This document shows positions 25,781 through 39,600 of a stretch of 64,000 nt of DNA, one piece after another (positions within the stretch are counted from its first letter, which is position 1; each line of letters opens with the position of its first letter). Position numbers and translations under genes: made by a program. Source of the stretch: Eledone cirrhosa (taxonomy: Eukaryota); the NCBI GenBank assembly GCA_964016885.1, contig OZ024742.1, positions 85,932,001 to 85,996,000 on the forward strand. Reading direction: 5' to 3'. The notes beneath the pieces were generated by a model that did not search any database, was not told the origin of the DNA, and worked only from the letters and a program-made list of their open reading frames with translations.

Positions 25781-27378
25781 TGTTCTTTGAATCTCAGTCA
25801 TTGATGTTATTTAACTGGAAAGTTTGTTGAAATGAATATCAAGCCGCTACATGCAACCTCAGATATTCAGGACCTATCGGAGGATTCTTGTTGTTCCCAG
25901 CAAGCATGTCATTTGAAGTGTTCCAAAAAGCGGAGCTGGACTAAACTTCTTTAACCATCCTTCGAAACTATTTGAGATAGTACCTAGTGCGCATATGACA
26001 ATCGGGACGACCTTGATATCATGGCAGATCGAAATCCTTTTTAACTCTCACTTTAAATCCTGGTATTGGTTAATTTTCTCCCTCTCCTTTTCCTGTCAAA
26101 TGGGCAGGCTACATCTATAATCAGGCACGATCTTTTTTCCTTGTCAAAAACCACCAGGTCAGGTATATTGTGTTCTAATTTCTTGTCCGTCTCTATCATA
26201 GAATCTCATAGTACCTTCACCTGATCCTTTTCTATCACCGACTCTAGCTTATGTTCATACCACTTCTCAGAATGTTGTAAATTGTTTAGTTTGCATACAC
26301 ACCAGTGGATCACCCTGCCTATCACATCATGTCTCCAGCCTTTATAGTGAGACTGGGCTAGATGTTTACACTCGGATACAACGTGAGCCACAGTCTCCTC
26401 TCTCTCTCCACAGATCCTACACAGTGAGCTAGCCTTCTCCTTGTCCATATGGTGTTTCACCCACTTCGTTCTGAGGGCTGGCTATTGCGCAGCCATTAGC
26501 ATTCCTTCTGTAGTTTTTTAAAGTCTCCTCTTTTTAATCAGTTCCATGTCTGTGGAACTCTTAGTTCCGTTTTGTTAAAGAAGGTGCTATGAAGGGATTT
26601 TTATGAAGGTTGCTCATCCTACGTGTTGTTATTTCCTCCTTGGACATCCCCTGGTCTATTGTATTCTCCTTCAGTACAATTTTGAGCATTGGCTCCCTAC
26701 TGACAGTCACACATTTGTGCAGGTTGTTTTTCTCCATCGGAACACAGTCCTCTATGCTGATAAGTCTTCTTCCAACATCAGATCTCTTTAAGTAGAGTCT
26801 ATTGACATCACTCCTCTTGTGGAACATGCTGTAGATAGTCAATAACTTCCGAGTCTTCCTATCCATTTCTTTTTGTTCAGCAACATTCCATTTCAGAATT
26901 CCCGCACTGTACCTAATAATAGACACAGCTCGGAAATTTACTGCACTTATGACATTTCTACTATTTAGATGTGATTTAAATACGCCCTTTACTCTCCTTA
27001 TGTACGCAGATTTTATCAATTCCTTCATTTTTTTCTTGATTTCATCTGCCTCTAGAACACCCAAATACTTGTATCCTTCTTCAGAGTCAATTTCCTTTAT
27101 CATCTCACCTGTTGGTACCTGGATTCCGTTATCTGCTCAATTTATCCCACTTCCTCACTGGTACTCCACACTTATTAATACCAAATTCCATACATATATC
27201 ATTGCTGAAAATACGGACAGTGTGAACTAGTACCTCCAATTCCTTCTCACTCTTCCCAAATAGTTTAATATCGTCCCTTTAAGAGGAGGTGGTAAATGGT
27301 AAGTTCTCCTTTTCCCAACTTATATCCTGCTCTCACTTTTCGCAAGATAACGGACAGGGGATCAGGGCAAGGACACAC
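25781..27378 (-). mobile_element. R4/Dong retrotransposon family A, copy 1, 5'-truncated
   Basis: YKYLGV, CCHC knuckle CRICGEREETVAHVVSEC, RHD motif, endonuclease region; both ends abut (ATT)n. Confidence 0.92.
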
Positions 27379-27405
27379 TATTATTATTAGTATTAGTATT
27401 ATTAT

Positions 27406-27516
27406 GAGTTCAAATCCCGCCCAGGTTAACTTTAACTTTCATCATTACGGGGCCGATAAAATAAAGTACCAGTAATACACTGGCATAATTGCTGGCCTTG
27501 TTCCAAAAGTAGAAAT
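27406..27516 (+). mobile_element. SINE, 5'-truncated at the B box
   Basis: gagttcaaatcccgccc...gctggccttgttccaaaagtagaaat followed by TAA/ATT repeats. Confidence 0.88.
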
Positions 27517-27537
27517 AATAATAATTATTATTATTAT

Positions 27538-29060
27538 CGTTCTTTGAGTCCAGTCATTGATGATATTTAACCGGAAAGTTTGTTGAAATGAATATCAAGA
27601 CGCTTCCGGCAGCCACAGATATTCAGGCTTTATCGGAGGGTTCTTGCTGTTCTCAGTAGGCATGCCTTTTGAAGTGTTCCAAAAAACGGGACTTGACTAA
27701 TCTTCTTTAACCATCCTTGGAAACTCTTTGAGATAGTACCTAGTGCGCCTATGACAATCGAGACGACATTGATTTCATGGCAGTTCCAAATCATTTTTAA
27801 CACCCAATTTAAATCCTGGTGTCGGTTAATTTTTTCCCCTCTCATTTTCCTGCTCTCTCGTGTCAAATGGGCAGGCTACATCTACAATCAGGCACGATCT
27901 CTGTTCCTTGTCGAAAACTACCAGGTCAGGCCTATTGTGTTCCAGTTTCTTGTCCGTCTGTATCCTAAAATCCCATAGCAGCTTCACCTGATTCTTTTCT
28001 ATCAGCGACTCTGGCTTATGCTCATACCACTTCTCCGAATGTGGTAAATTGTTTACTCTGCATAGATGCCAGTGGCTTACCCTGCCTATCACATCATGTC
28101 TCCAGCGTTTGTAGTGTGTCTGGGCTTGGTGTTTACACTCGGATACAATGTGAGCCACAGTCTCCTCTCTCTCTCCACATATTCTACACAGTGGGCTAGC
28201 CTCCTCCTTGTAAATATGGTGTTTCAGCCACTTCGGTTTGAGGGCCTGCTCCTGCGCAGCCATTAGCATTCCTTCCGTAACCTTTTTAAAGGTGTGCTCT
28301 TTTCAACCAGTTCCATGTCTGTGGATCTCTAAATTCAGTTTTCTCAAAGTAGGCAATATGAAGGGATATTTCATGAAGGTTGCTTTTTCTCCTTGTTATT
28401 TCCTCCTTGGACAACCCCAGGTCTATTGTCCTCTCTTTCAGTACAGTTCTGAGCATTGGCTCCTTACTATCAGTCACGTAATTGTGTAGGTTGTTTATTC
28501 TCCATCTGAACACAGTCCTCTATGCTGATAAGATCTCTTCCACCTTCAGATCTCCTTAAGTAGAGTCTATCGACATCACACCTCTTGTGGAACATGTAGA
28601 TAGTCAATAGCTTCCTAGTCTTCCTATCCATTTCTTTTTGTTCAGCAACATTCCATCTCAGAATTCCCGCACTGTACCTAATAATAGACACAGCTCGGGA
28701 ATTTACTGCACATATGGCATTCATACTGTTCAGATGTGACTTTAATACGCTCCTTACTCTCCGAATGTATTCAGATCTTATCAATTCCTTCATTTATTTG
28801 TTCTTGATGTCATCAGCCTCCAGTACAGCCAAATACTTGTATCCTTCTTCAGTATCAATTTCCTTTATCATCTCACCTGTTGGTACCTGGATTCCGTTAC
28901 TTCTGCTCAATTTACCCCTCTTCATCACAAGGACTCCACACTTACTAATACCAAATTGCATACATATTTGATTACACTCGGATACAATGTGAGCCACAGT
29001 CTCCTCTCTCTCTCCACAGATCGTGCACAGTGGGCTAGCCCCCTCCTTGTTAATATGGTG
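27538..29060 (-). mobile_element. R4/Dong family A, copy 2, 5'-truncated, with extra zinc-knuckle segment at its 5' end
   Basis: LMAAQEQAL, CRICGEREETVAHIVSEC, LWDFRIQTDKKLEHNRPDLVV (PD..D endonuclease), IVIGALG, LQKACL; flanked by (ATT)n. Confidence 0.92.
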
Positions 29061-29090
29061 ATTAATATTATTATTATTATTATTATTATA

Positions 29091-32000
29091 ATTGCATTTA
29101 TCTTGCTTTATGTTTATACGAGTTATCACCAAGTCACCACCAGTTAACCCAAGAGAAAACATGGTCCGCCATGTTCAAGAAAGAACATACATACACACAC
29201 ATGCATCTTTAGGTGTTTAGACTTGTGATGTACTTATATCGACAGAATCCTACTTAGTATATGGGCAGTTCCCATTAGTACTATCTTTTGTATTTCTCCT
29301 ATACGGGGGTTTCCTGGGATTTGCGGTAAGTAATCATTAGACCCCTTAGGTATCATTCCGAGAGCGCCTACAACCACTGGTATTGTTTTAGTTCTCAATT
29401 TCCAAATTTTTCCAATTTCTCTCTCCAGGTTCTTATATTTGCTCAATTTTTCAAATGTTTTTATAGATACGTTCTTGTCTATTGGAACGGACATATCAAT
29501 TAGCAGGCATACCCTCTTTTTAAAGTCCTTCAGTATTATGTCAGGTATTTTTGCATCTATGTTTTGGTCTGTTTGGATACTAAAGTTCCACAAGATTGAG
29601 ATGTGATCTTTTTTAAGTATGGGAGGTGGTTGATGCTCCCACCAATTCTTTTGATGGGGCAGGTCAAAATGCTTACGCATTATCTAATGTATGTATTGTG
29701 CAGCTCTGTCACGCCTGTTTAGGTATTGGGTTGGAGCTATAGGACTGCACATTGAAATTATATGATCAATGGTCTCTGGTTGTTTTTTACATACGGCATA
29801 ATGGGCTGCATCCATTTTTTATTATGTTGGCTTGGTAATTCTTTGTTGGCAGACACTGATCTTGTGCTGATATAATCAATCCTTCAGGCTCCGATTTCAG
29901 TTCAGAGGATGTCAACCACTGATGGGTTAAAGTTTTGTCAACATCAGGATTGTTAGCTCGCTCTGGGTATTTTCCATACAGAGGCTTTTTTTGCCATTTC
30001 TTAGCCAGTTTCTGTAGCAATTCTTTCTTTGCAGTTACTTTTACCTGCTTTGCTTTTTCTGTGTTTTCCACATCAGCAGTAAATTGGACTTCTGAAATTT
30101 GTAGTCCATTACTGTATCTGTGTGCATCTTTTGTGATGGAGTATGATCTTTTGATGCTTTCGTGTTTCAAAACGAGTTTGATCATCCAATCATGTGATTC
30201 CCTTAGATATGTAGATAATCCAATTGTTGCAGTTTTCAACGCAATGTCTAACTGTATTAACCCACGTCCTCCTTCTTTCCTAGGGAGATATATTATATCT
30301 GTATCTGCCTTAGGGTGATGCATTCTGTGCATGGTTAATAACTTTCCAATTTTTGTATCGAGCCTACGGATCTCTGTGCTTGACCAGTTGATGACATTGT
30401 AACTGTAGGTTATTACCGGTATGGCAAGCATTTTTATGGCATCGATCCTATTCCTTGCATTCACTTCCGTTCTTAAGATTGCTCTTACTCTGCGGTAACA
30501 TTCCTTCCTTATCCTTTCCCTCATTGTCGAGTGCTTGATTCCGTCTCCTTCACAAACTCCTAGATATTTGTAAGATTTTTCTTGATCAAGTTCTCTTATC
30601 ACATTCCCCGATCAAGATTAATATCTGAACTTTTCAGCAGCTTTCCTCTGGTGAAGGTTGCTTTGGCGCATTTATCTAGTCCAAACTCCATGATAATGTC
30701 ATCACTGAACTGATCCACAATGGATAATGGCCCTTGCAATTGTTCATCATTTTTTGCAAATAGTTTCAGGTCATCCATGTAGAACAAATGATTAATGGTT
30801 TTGTGATATACTTTATATCCATGTTTTGTTTCATTGAGCATTTTAACTTAATGGTATAAGTGCGATGCAGAATAAAAGCGGTGATAAAGAGTCACCCTGA
30901 AAAATTCTACAATTAATATTAAGTTCTCCAGCTTCCAGTGATTCTTTTTCACTATTCAAAAGGAGTGTCGTTTTCCATGTCTTCATACTGAATGACAAAA
31001 ACCTCCTGACAACGGGGGATATTTTGAAAATCTCTAAACATGTTTCAATCCAACTGTATTGAATGCTTTTTTATAATATTTTCAAGCAATTGATAGATTT
31101 TTGTGTCTATTATGACAATCTTCCAGTATCATTTTGTTAACCAAAAGCTGATCCTTACACCCATATGAGCCTCGTTTACACCCTTTCTGCTCATTGGGAA
31201 ATAGGTCATTTGTTATCAGGTGGTCATATGTATATTCAGTTAGGAATGATGTTAAAATGTTATACATTGTGGTAAAGCAAGTTATCGGTCTGTAATTTTT
31301 GGGATTGTTTTTCTCATCATTCTTCGGAAGCAGGAATGTAATGCCGTTAACTAGCATTGATGATATGTTTTCTGTCTCCTTAACAATTTCATTGTAAAGT
31401 TGGGCTAACAGCTCATGAGACTCTGTGAAGGCATTTATCCAAAAATTTGGTATTTTGTCTTTTCCTGGGGATTTCCATTTGCTGGTTTTTCTAAGAGCCA
31501 AACGCAACTGTTCAACTGTTATATTTTCCCATATTTGTTCCTCAAGGTGAGCTGTATCTTTCATTTGTCTGTCTGTCCATGGGGCATGTATATTATGAAC
31601 TTTTTCTTCGGCTCAGATCTTATCCCAGAATTCTTGCACTTCCTCCTTGGGTGGTATTTATTTAGCAGTTATTGTTGACATGCCAATTTTTCTGTAGAAG
31701 TTTCTTTGGTTGTTTTTCAACATATTATTGTCCTTAAAGAATCCAGATCGTTTTTCAAAGCGCCTTATACGAGCAGCTTTGGCTGACACTTTGCTTGATT
31801 ATTTTTATCAGCATGTCTATGTCACTGGTTGATTTTATACCGTACTTTCTTTTCAATTTTCCAAGTTTAGTTTGTTTAACATGTTCACCTACTTTGTAGT
31901 TTGTTAACATTTCTATGTCAGATCGTAGAAGGTTTATCTGGCGATTGATGTTCTCTTGCCAAGTAGATTTCTTGTGGGAATTCCTTTGTTTTTTTATTTT

Positions 32001-33045
32001 CACTCCACATAAATGAGTGGTGACTTTAGCCGATGCATAATAGAGATGATTTAGATCAGTAATGTTTGGTTTGTTTGTGATGATAATGTTTTTGAGAATG
32101 ATGTTAGTCTTGTGTATTATCTTTTGGTTCTGTTTGGAGTTCTGGATCTTAGGGAGGGTGTCTTGTTTCCCAATGTCAGATTCTTTCATTTTCATCCATT
32201 CGATCATAATTTCATCCTTCAAGTTGGCAAGTTCATTCTCATTCATTTCTTTATCATTTACGATCTCATTGTTTTCATTTTGAGTTTCATCTTGAGCATG
32301 CACTCCCTCCACTTTTTCGATCCTTTCTTTAATTTGTTCTGCTGTCAGGGATTCCGCCCCAACCCTGGGCTTCGAAGTGTTACAATTTACCTCGTTTTCA
32401 CTGACACATGTTTCATTTTCCCTTCGCTAACTGTGTGCTAATAGCTTGATTGATCTATTTCTATATCAGTTAGTAACTTTTTTTTAACAACATTTCTTCG
32501 TATATTGGCTAGATTGTTACTGTCAATATAGCCTCTGTTTTCGGGATGTTTCTTTTTCCAGTTGATATATGTCTGTTCTGTATTCGATGTATTTGATGGG
32601 TGGTACATGGCAGTGTAGAAAGCCTCAAGGACTTCTTTATTATCTTGCCTTGACCATTTTTCTCTCTTTTTCTTTGGATTTCTTGGTGGTGAGCATGGAG
32701 GGCCAACAGCAGGAGTATTACGGTCATGGGAGGTCTCCAGCTCCGAATTGATGGGAAGGTTTGAACCATTAGCTGATTTTTCGACCCCAGTCTGGTTCCT
32801 CTTTTAGGGACGCGGGCCTTTTTGACCCGGGTGACGGCCGATCCGGTATGAGATTTTATCATTTGACATTTACTTTATTTTGTCGCGTGTTATCCTTATT
32901 CGCCAAGGGATAATCATATCGTGTTACCACTTCTAGGACGAGTGTCCACCAAGACTAGTGGGGTCGTCCACCCCTAGAGACACGGCTATTCTCCCTCGGC
33001 CGCCATCCCGGTATTTCTTGGTCACGGGGTTTTCTTTTTTGTCGT
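29091..33045 (-). mobile_element. R4/Dong family B, full-length, single long ORF (about 32869 to 29234) broken by frameshifts and stops
   Basis: Ordered motifs WKSPGKD, NYRPITC, EQKGC, GIFQGDSLSP-like, HLFYMDDLKLF, YKYLG, AQDQ, CCHC knuckle, PDIIL, PVVVGALG, IQKIVL; about 170-nt 5' UTR. Confidence 0.95.
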
Positions 33046-33099
33046 TTTTTAAATTGTTATTATCATGAGTGGTTCCTTAATGTGAGCATTGCGTGGCTT

Positions 33100-33957
33100 A
33101 AGAATGAAATTATTAATAATATAATATACTTTTTGCTGAAGTTGCCTGTTATTGTTGTTGGCTATATCGGCGGTGGTGATGGTTTTTTTTCTATTGTTGG
33201 TGGGGAAGGGGAGAGCCAGCAGTGCCATTGTTGTTGAGATTTGACCAAGTCAATAAGTCAAATCTATTTATATATTTTGCTAGCCTCTCCCTTTTCTCGT
33301 GATAGCACGACCTTCCCCTTCCTTAAGTTAACAGAAGGCAATGGGGGAATAGTTTTGGTAGTAATGAAGGCGAGTTGGCGGCTATGATGAGATAGTGGTA
33401 GCAATGATGGATGGAGTGGTCGAGACGGTGACTATAGTGATGGCGTTGTCGTTACTGAGTTTTGTTGAATAGAATGTAGCTAGTATGCGTTTGTTTGATC
33501 TGTGTATCTATGCGGTTTGTCGCGTATATTTAATATATGTGTTGACATATTTTTCTTAATATTTGAATTAAAAATTTTGGGAAAACTTGAGACACAATAA
33601 TAATAGTAATTATTATTATTATTATGCTGGGATTGGTGGTGATGGTGGTGGTGGTGAGATTGCCGTTATCTGGCTGTTGTATTTAGTGTACACAGAGGGG
33701 TGATGGGATAGGTGGTGTATCTAGTTTGTGGTGTTGGTGAAATTGCTGTTATTTGGCTGTTCTATATAGTGTAGACAGAGGGGGTTTTCTTCCATTTATA
33801 ACCATTTTCTTTTTTGAATATAAAATTTATAATACAAAATTGAATATTTGAGCGATATAACAGGATATTATGAATCCGAATTTTTTGAGAGTTGAGTCTG
33901 TTGCTTTATGTATCATTTGTACTAATAATTGTTATATCACAATTGTTTTAAATATGT
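33100..33957 (-). repeat. Unclassified repeat X, copy 1 (ACC/AAC-rich on - strand)
   Basis: Shares tctatttatatattttg, actatagtgatgg, gttatttggctgttc and the terminal tatcacaattgttttaaatatg with 43500-44042; internal 50-bp duplication at 33651-33700 / 33733-33784; strand is inferred. Confidence 0.7.
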
Positions 33958-33970
33958 TATTATTATTATT

Positions 33971-36640
33971 ACCAATTCTTCAACGCAAAACACGAAGGCT
34001 GCGTTATAAGAGCTAGAGCGCGTGCTCTGAAACACGAGGGGAGAAAAGCCGTCCAATGGGCACAGGTGGCAGAGCCGCGACGTGGCAACAAAGCCACAAT
34101 TCGGTCTTTGTCTGAACAAAACGGGTGCGTGATGCTCGAACCCGAGCGGATGTGTGAAGCCTTTCAGCAGCACTTTGCTGAACTGTTCGGGAGCGGCGGC
34201 GGCCCGGATAGGGGCATGGACTTCAGTGCATACCTCGACGGACTGCCTCGGCTCTCGACGACCACAGCAGTGTTGCGAAAAGCAAATAACAGCGGGTGAA
34301 ATATGGGAAGCGATGGCTACTGCACAAGGGGTAAATCTCCAGGTTTGGATGGTCTGCCCTACGAGCTTTATGCATTTATGCCAGACTTGTTCGGTGACCT
34401 CTTGGCAGACGTCTACTGCAACTGGCAGCAGAACGGGAGCATTCCCAGTTTTGTGAGCCGGGGAGCAGTGGCCCTGCTGAGGAAAGACCCGAACAAGGGG
34501 GATGTTATCGATAATTTCAGGCCAATAACACTGCTAAACGCAGAGTTCAAGATTCTGGCCAGGGGTTAGCAACGAGGTTGGCGCTTGTCGTCAAGGGTCT
34601 GGTGGGAGTGGCGTAGACATGCGCCATTCCGGACAGATCCATACACGGCAACCTTCACCTCATGCGATACATCATAGAGAGGGTGGTTAAGGAACCTGCA
34701 TGGGTGGGGCCCTGATCAACTTGAATCAATCCAAAGCATTCGATAGGGTCGACTATCGGTAGCTGGCGGCGTTCGCGAGGCAGCCGGTTTCGGGCCCGTT
34801 TCCAGGGGTTGGATCGCAGCAATGTACAACGACATCTGCTCAGTTGTGAGGGTGAACGGTCACCTGTCGTAGCCGTTCAGCATCATGCGCTCAGTCGGCC
34901 AGGGTTGTCCCCGCTCGCTCCTCTTGTACGTATTTGCTCTCGAGCCGTTACTGCCCAGACTGGGGGCGATGAGGGGCGTCCCACGCGAACTAGGATGCGG
35001 GAAATCCGAGTCGGCTTACGCTGACGACGTCAGCGTGGTGGTGTCGAGCACCAGACACGTCCAGATGCTCGGCACCGCTCTCAAGGAATACGAAGCAGCG
35101 GCCGGAGCAAAGATGAACCAGGAAAAGTCGGTGGGCTTGCAACTCGGCACCTGGAGAGACAAGTCCATGCCGTCCGACAGCGTCGTTGGGCGTTGGACGG
35201 ACGGACCGGTTAAACTGCTCGGGGTCTGGTTCGGACCGGACCTCCAGATGGAGAAAAACTCGAACAAGGTGAAGAGCAGGGTGGCCTCCTTCACCCAGAA
35301 ATGGGCCGAGAGGAAGCTGTCCCTGAAAGCCCGGGCGGAGGTGGCGAATGCATACATCGCATCCGTCATCTGCTACCGCCACACCGTCGTCCTTTGCTCC
35401 AGCCCAACTCTCACCAAAATGGAGCGCCTCTTCTTCCGCTTTTTGTGGAAGCGACGTGCTGTCAACACCCGTGGCGTGGAGGACTGGGCATGCCATGGCT
35501 GATGATGCGCAAACATACGCTTAGGCTGCGACATCTCTGGTGCTTCCTTGATGGTGAACAGGTGTGGTCGCCGTTCGCCAGTCACGTTTTCCCACAGCTC
35601 GTCTCCTTGACAGAGCTGCAGTCCTAGGTCAGGAAAAGACCCAGGGATAGCGCTTGGAAACTGGAATGTCTCAAGGCGCTCATTGCCCTGTGCCAGCTGG
35701 GCACCAGTATCGGTGGAACATCCACCTCGGCGTTCTATAGAGAACTAGTGGAGGGGAAGAGCGCCGACATTCTCGGAGAGATCCTGGACGTCGAAGAGGA
35801 TCAGCTGTTTTCTCTCCTCCGGAGAACTTTCTGCCCGGGGCCTATGGATAACATCCACAAATCCCTGGCCGGGCAGTGCTACCGGGGAGCGCTGCCGGTT
35901 CGAGATAAGCTCTACAGGCACGGAAGTGCCGTCAGCCGATCCTGTCCGTGAGCGTACAGAGCGACGAAATCGTCGTACACGCCCTCGTTCAGTGCCCGAG
36001 CATTGCTGACATGTGGAGCTATGTCGAACAGATGCAGTGGCGTGTAGAACTGATCCGTTTGTCGACTGAGTCTATTATGCAGATGATCTCACCGTCTTCC
36101 TTCGAGGGGAAGGGCAGGCGGTTTTTATCTGCTTGGTGGCCATGGCGAAAGAGATTGTGTGGTGGACAAATGTTAAAAGTGTTAAATACAGACACTTTCC
36201 TCTTCGGCGAATCCCTAATTAACTTTTTCAAGTTTCACTTGAAGAGGAACATCAGGGTGGAGAGGCAAGTGCTGCCTTCTAGCAAGTTTGTTGAAAGGAG
36301 GGTGAATATATGTCTGTAGTTTGAATATATGTCTGTAGTTTGAGAGATGGAAAAATTGAGAGAGGCCGCATGCACTGGTGGGCAGGGTGGCCGTGGTCTT
36401 TTGTGTGGATTTCGCCACGAGTAACCTTCGGAGGTTTCCCCCCGATTGGGGAATTTTTCATTGTTTCAATTTTCATTTTTATTGTTTATATATATATGTT
36501 TCTTTGTCCTTTTTTTTCTTTTCTTATATAAATAATAGAAAATATTTACACGCACAAAATTCACATCATACCGTCCTCTACCGTCCTGTGCCGTCTGTAA
36601 TGTTTTTCTTGATGTCAGCCCTTGTGGCCAATAAAGAAAT

Positions 36641-36641
<1 letters not shown>
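33971..36641 (+). mobile_element. L1-Tx1 retrotransposon copy 1, 5'-truncated
   Basis: KSPGLDGLPYE, NFRPITLLN, QGCP, YADD, C-terminal zinc-finger remnant, 3' cccttgtggccaataaa; (ATT)n on both sides. Confidence 0.93.
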
Positions 36642-36672
<31 letters not shown>

Positions 36673-36679
36673 TTATTAT

Positions 36680-39600
36680 CGAGGTAAGGTCGAGCTTCCG
36701 GGTCCCTGACGGTACTTTGGTGGTCTTGGATGTGAGCAGTAGCGAAGGTGTTGCCTTTAGAGTGCTGGCCGTCTACGCCCCTACAGGGGCCGGACGACCC
36801 AACTTCTTTAGGCGCCTGGAGACCTTTCTGGGTACGTCTCGCCCTTTACTGTTAGCGGGGGACTGGGTGGCATGTTAGAAGCACGCTGGGATTGTGTGGG
36901 AGTAGCCGATAGGAGCGGGGGGTGCAAAATCCTCAAGCACCTACTCAGCCAGTTCCAACTGTCTGACAGGTATCGACTAGATTTCCCCCAATGTGCCAGT
37001 ATGGACATGGACCAACCGAATGGGGTCATCTAGATCATATATGGACAGGATCTTCATTAGGAAAATAGATAGAAATAGTGTGGGCTGTCCACTTTTTAAA
37101 ACGGTCGCCTATTCAGATCACAAATTTGTGATCTGTACCGTCGACCTAAATAAAACGCGTAGGTTAGGACCGGGTTACTGGAAGCTGAACATGTCAATTC
37201 CGGCACGTAAGGCTTACAGGGACCGAGTCAAAATTTAGTTAAGCAAAAGTTGACAGGGGGGATCATCAACAACAGATGGTGGGGAGCGGCTCTCAAAAGA
37301 GAGATTAGAGTAACTTCGAAAGAGTTCAGCAAAGAACTAGCGTTAGAGAAAAATGGAAGGGAGCGGGAGCTGGTAGATAAGTTAGACGAGGCTATTTGTA
37401 GTGGCATCGTGCTAGCGGCGAGAATGGCATTAGACCATTTCTTCAATGCCAAACACGAAGGTTACATTGTCAGAGCTAAGGCACGTGCACTGAGAAACGA
37501 GGGAACTAAAGCTGTTCGATGGGTCCGCGTGGCGGAGGCGCAGCGTGGTAATAAAACCACAATTCGGTCTTTACCGGACCGAGACGGACACGAGATAAGC
37601 AATTCCAAGCGGATGTGTGAGGCCTTTCGCCAGCACTTTGCTCGGTTGTTCAGGGTGAGTGGCGAGTCAGAGAGAGTAGCGAATTTCAGCCCCTACCTTG
37701 ACGGCTTGCCGCGCATCTCGACAATCGACGCTGAAGGCTGCGAAAGGCCGATTACTTCAGCCGAAATTCAGGATTTCCTTGTTGGCTGCATGAGACGCAA
37801 GTCACCCGGTTTGGATGGCCTGCCCTACGAGCTTTACGTAAATATGCCAGACTTGTTCTCCGAACTCCTCGAAGCACTCTACTGCAACTGGTACAGAATG
37901 GGAGTATTCCTAGTTCTGTGAGCAGGCGAGTGGTGACGCTGATAAGGAAAGACGAGAACAAGAGGGATACATTAGACAACTTCAGGCCCATAACTCTTCT
38001 TAACACAGATTTTAAGATTTTGGCCAGGGTGTTAGCAAAGAGATTGGCGCTTGTCGTCGAGGATTTGGTTGAGGAGGCGCAAACTTGCGCAATCCCAGCC
38101 AGGTCCATACATGACAACCTCCACCTCATGCGCTACATCATATAGAGGGTAGGGTGTAAACCTGGCTTCGGTGGGGCACTGATGAATTTAGATCAATCGA
38201 AAGCATTCGATAGGGTCAACCATCGGTATCTGGAGTTTGTCCTCAAAGCACCTGGCTGCGGCCCTGTCTTTAGAAGCTGTATCGTTGCAATGCACAGCGG
38301 CACACGCTCGGTGGTCAAGGTTAATGGCCACCTCTTGGAACCATTTCGGCTCTCCGGATCGGTCCGTCAAGGGGACCCTCTCTCTTCCCATCTGTACGTA
38401 TTGACTCTCGAGCCTCTACTGCGGAAGCTGGAGCTGTTGCAAGGCATCCCGATCGAACCGGGACGTGGAAAGGCGGTGTCGGCTTATGCGGACGACATCA
38501 CTGTGATGGTGTCGAACACCTCAGAAATCGAGGTGGTCGGCACCTATTGAAGGTTGACAGGAGCCAAACTTAACCCGGAAATGTCGGTGGGCTTGCAGCT
38601 CGGAACCTGGAGAGGCAAACCCATGCCGTCCAACAGCGTCGTGGGGCGCCGGACGGACGGACCGGTAAAGTTGCTCGGGGTTTGCTTCGGACCAGACCTC
38701 CAGGTGGAAAAGAAGTGGGACGAGGTAACGAGCAGAGTAGCCAGTCTCACCCAAAAATGGGCTGGGAGGAAGCTATCACTGAAAGGTCGAGCGGAGGGGG
38801 CGAATGCGTACATCGCGTCCGTCATCTACTACCGCCTAACCGTCGTGCCTTGCCCCCGTCCGCGCCTCGTCAAGTTGGAACGGCTCCTTTTCAAATTCTT
38901 GTGGAGGGGACAAGTTCCGTTGGTGAGGCGGTCCATCTGCTGGCAGCACCCTCTACGCCGACGGCTGGGCATGCCGTGGCTAATGATGCGCAGACATTCG
39001 TTGAGGCTGCGACATCTCCAGATATTCTGCCTCAATGGTGAACAGGTGTGGTCGCCGTTTATCAGACGGGCCTTTCCGCAGCTCATTTCTTTGACTGAGT
39101 TGCAGTCCTGGGTCAAGAAGAGACCGAGACTGGGTGACTGGCACCTGGAATGTTGCCAGGCACTCACTGCCCTCTATCAAGCGGGCGATGCGATCAGTGG
39201 AACTTCCACTCTTGAGTTCTAGAGAGGATTAGTGGTGGGCAAGTGCGATGACGCACTCAGACAAGCTTTGGGCCTCGACGAAGTCGAATTGATCAGTCTG
39301 TCCTGGAGGACTTTTGAGCCGGGGACGATGGACAATTTCCAGAAATCCCTCGCTTGGCAGTGCTACCGGGGGCACAGCCGGTTCGGGATAAACTCTACAG
39401 GCACGGAAGTGCTGCCAGACGGACCTGCCCAAGATGCGCACAGAACAACGAAACCGTTTTGCACGCACTTGTCCAATGTCCGTGCATTACTGACCTGTGG
39501 AGATATGTCGAACAGCTACTGTCGCGTGTGGAACGAATCCGGCTATCGGCCGAGTCCATAGTGAAGATCGAGCCGCCACCTTCCTTAGGTCAAGAAGAGC

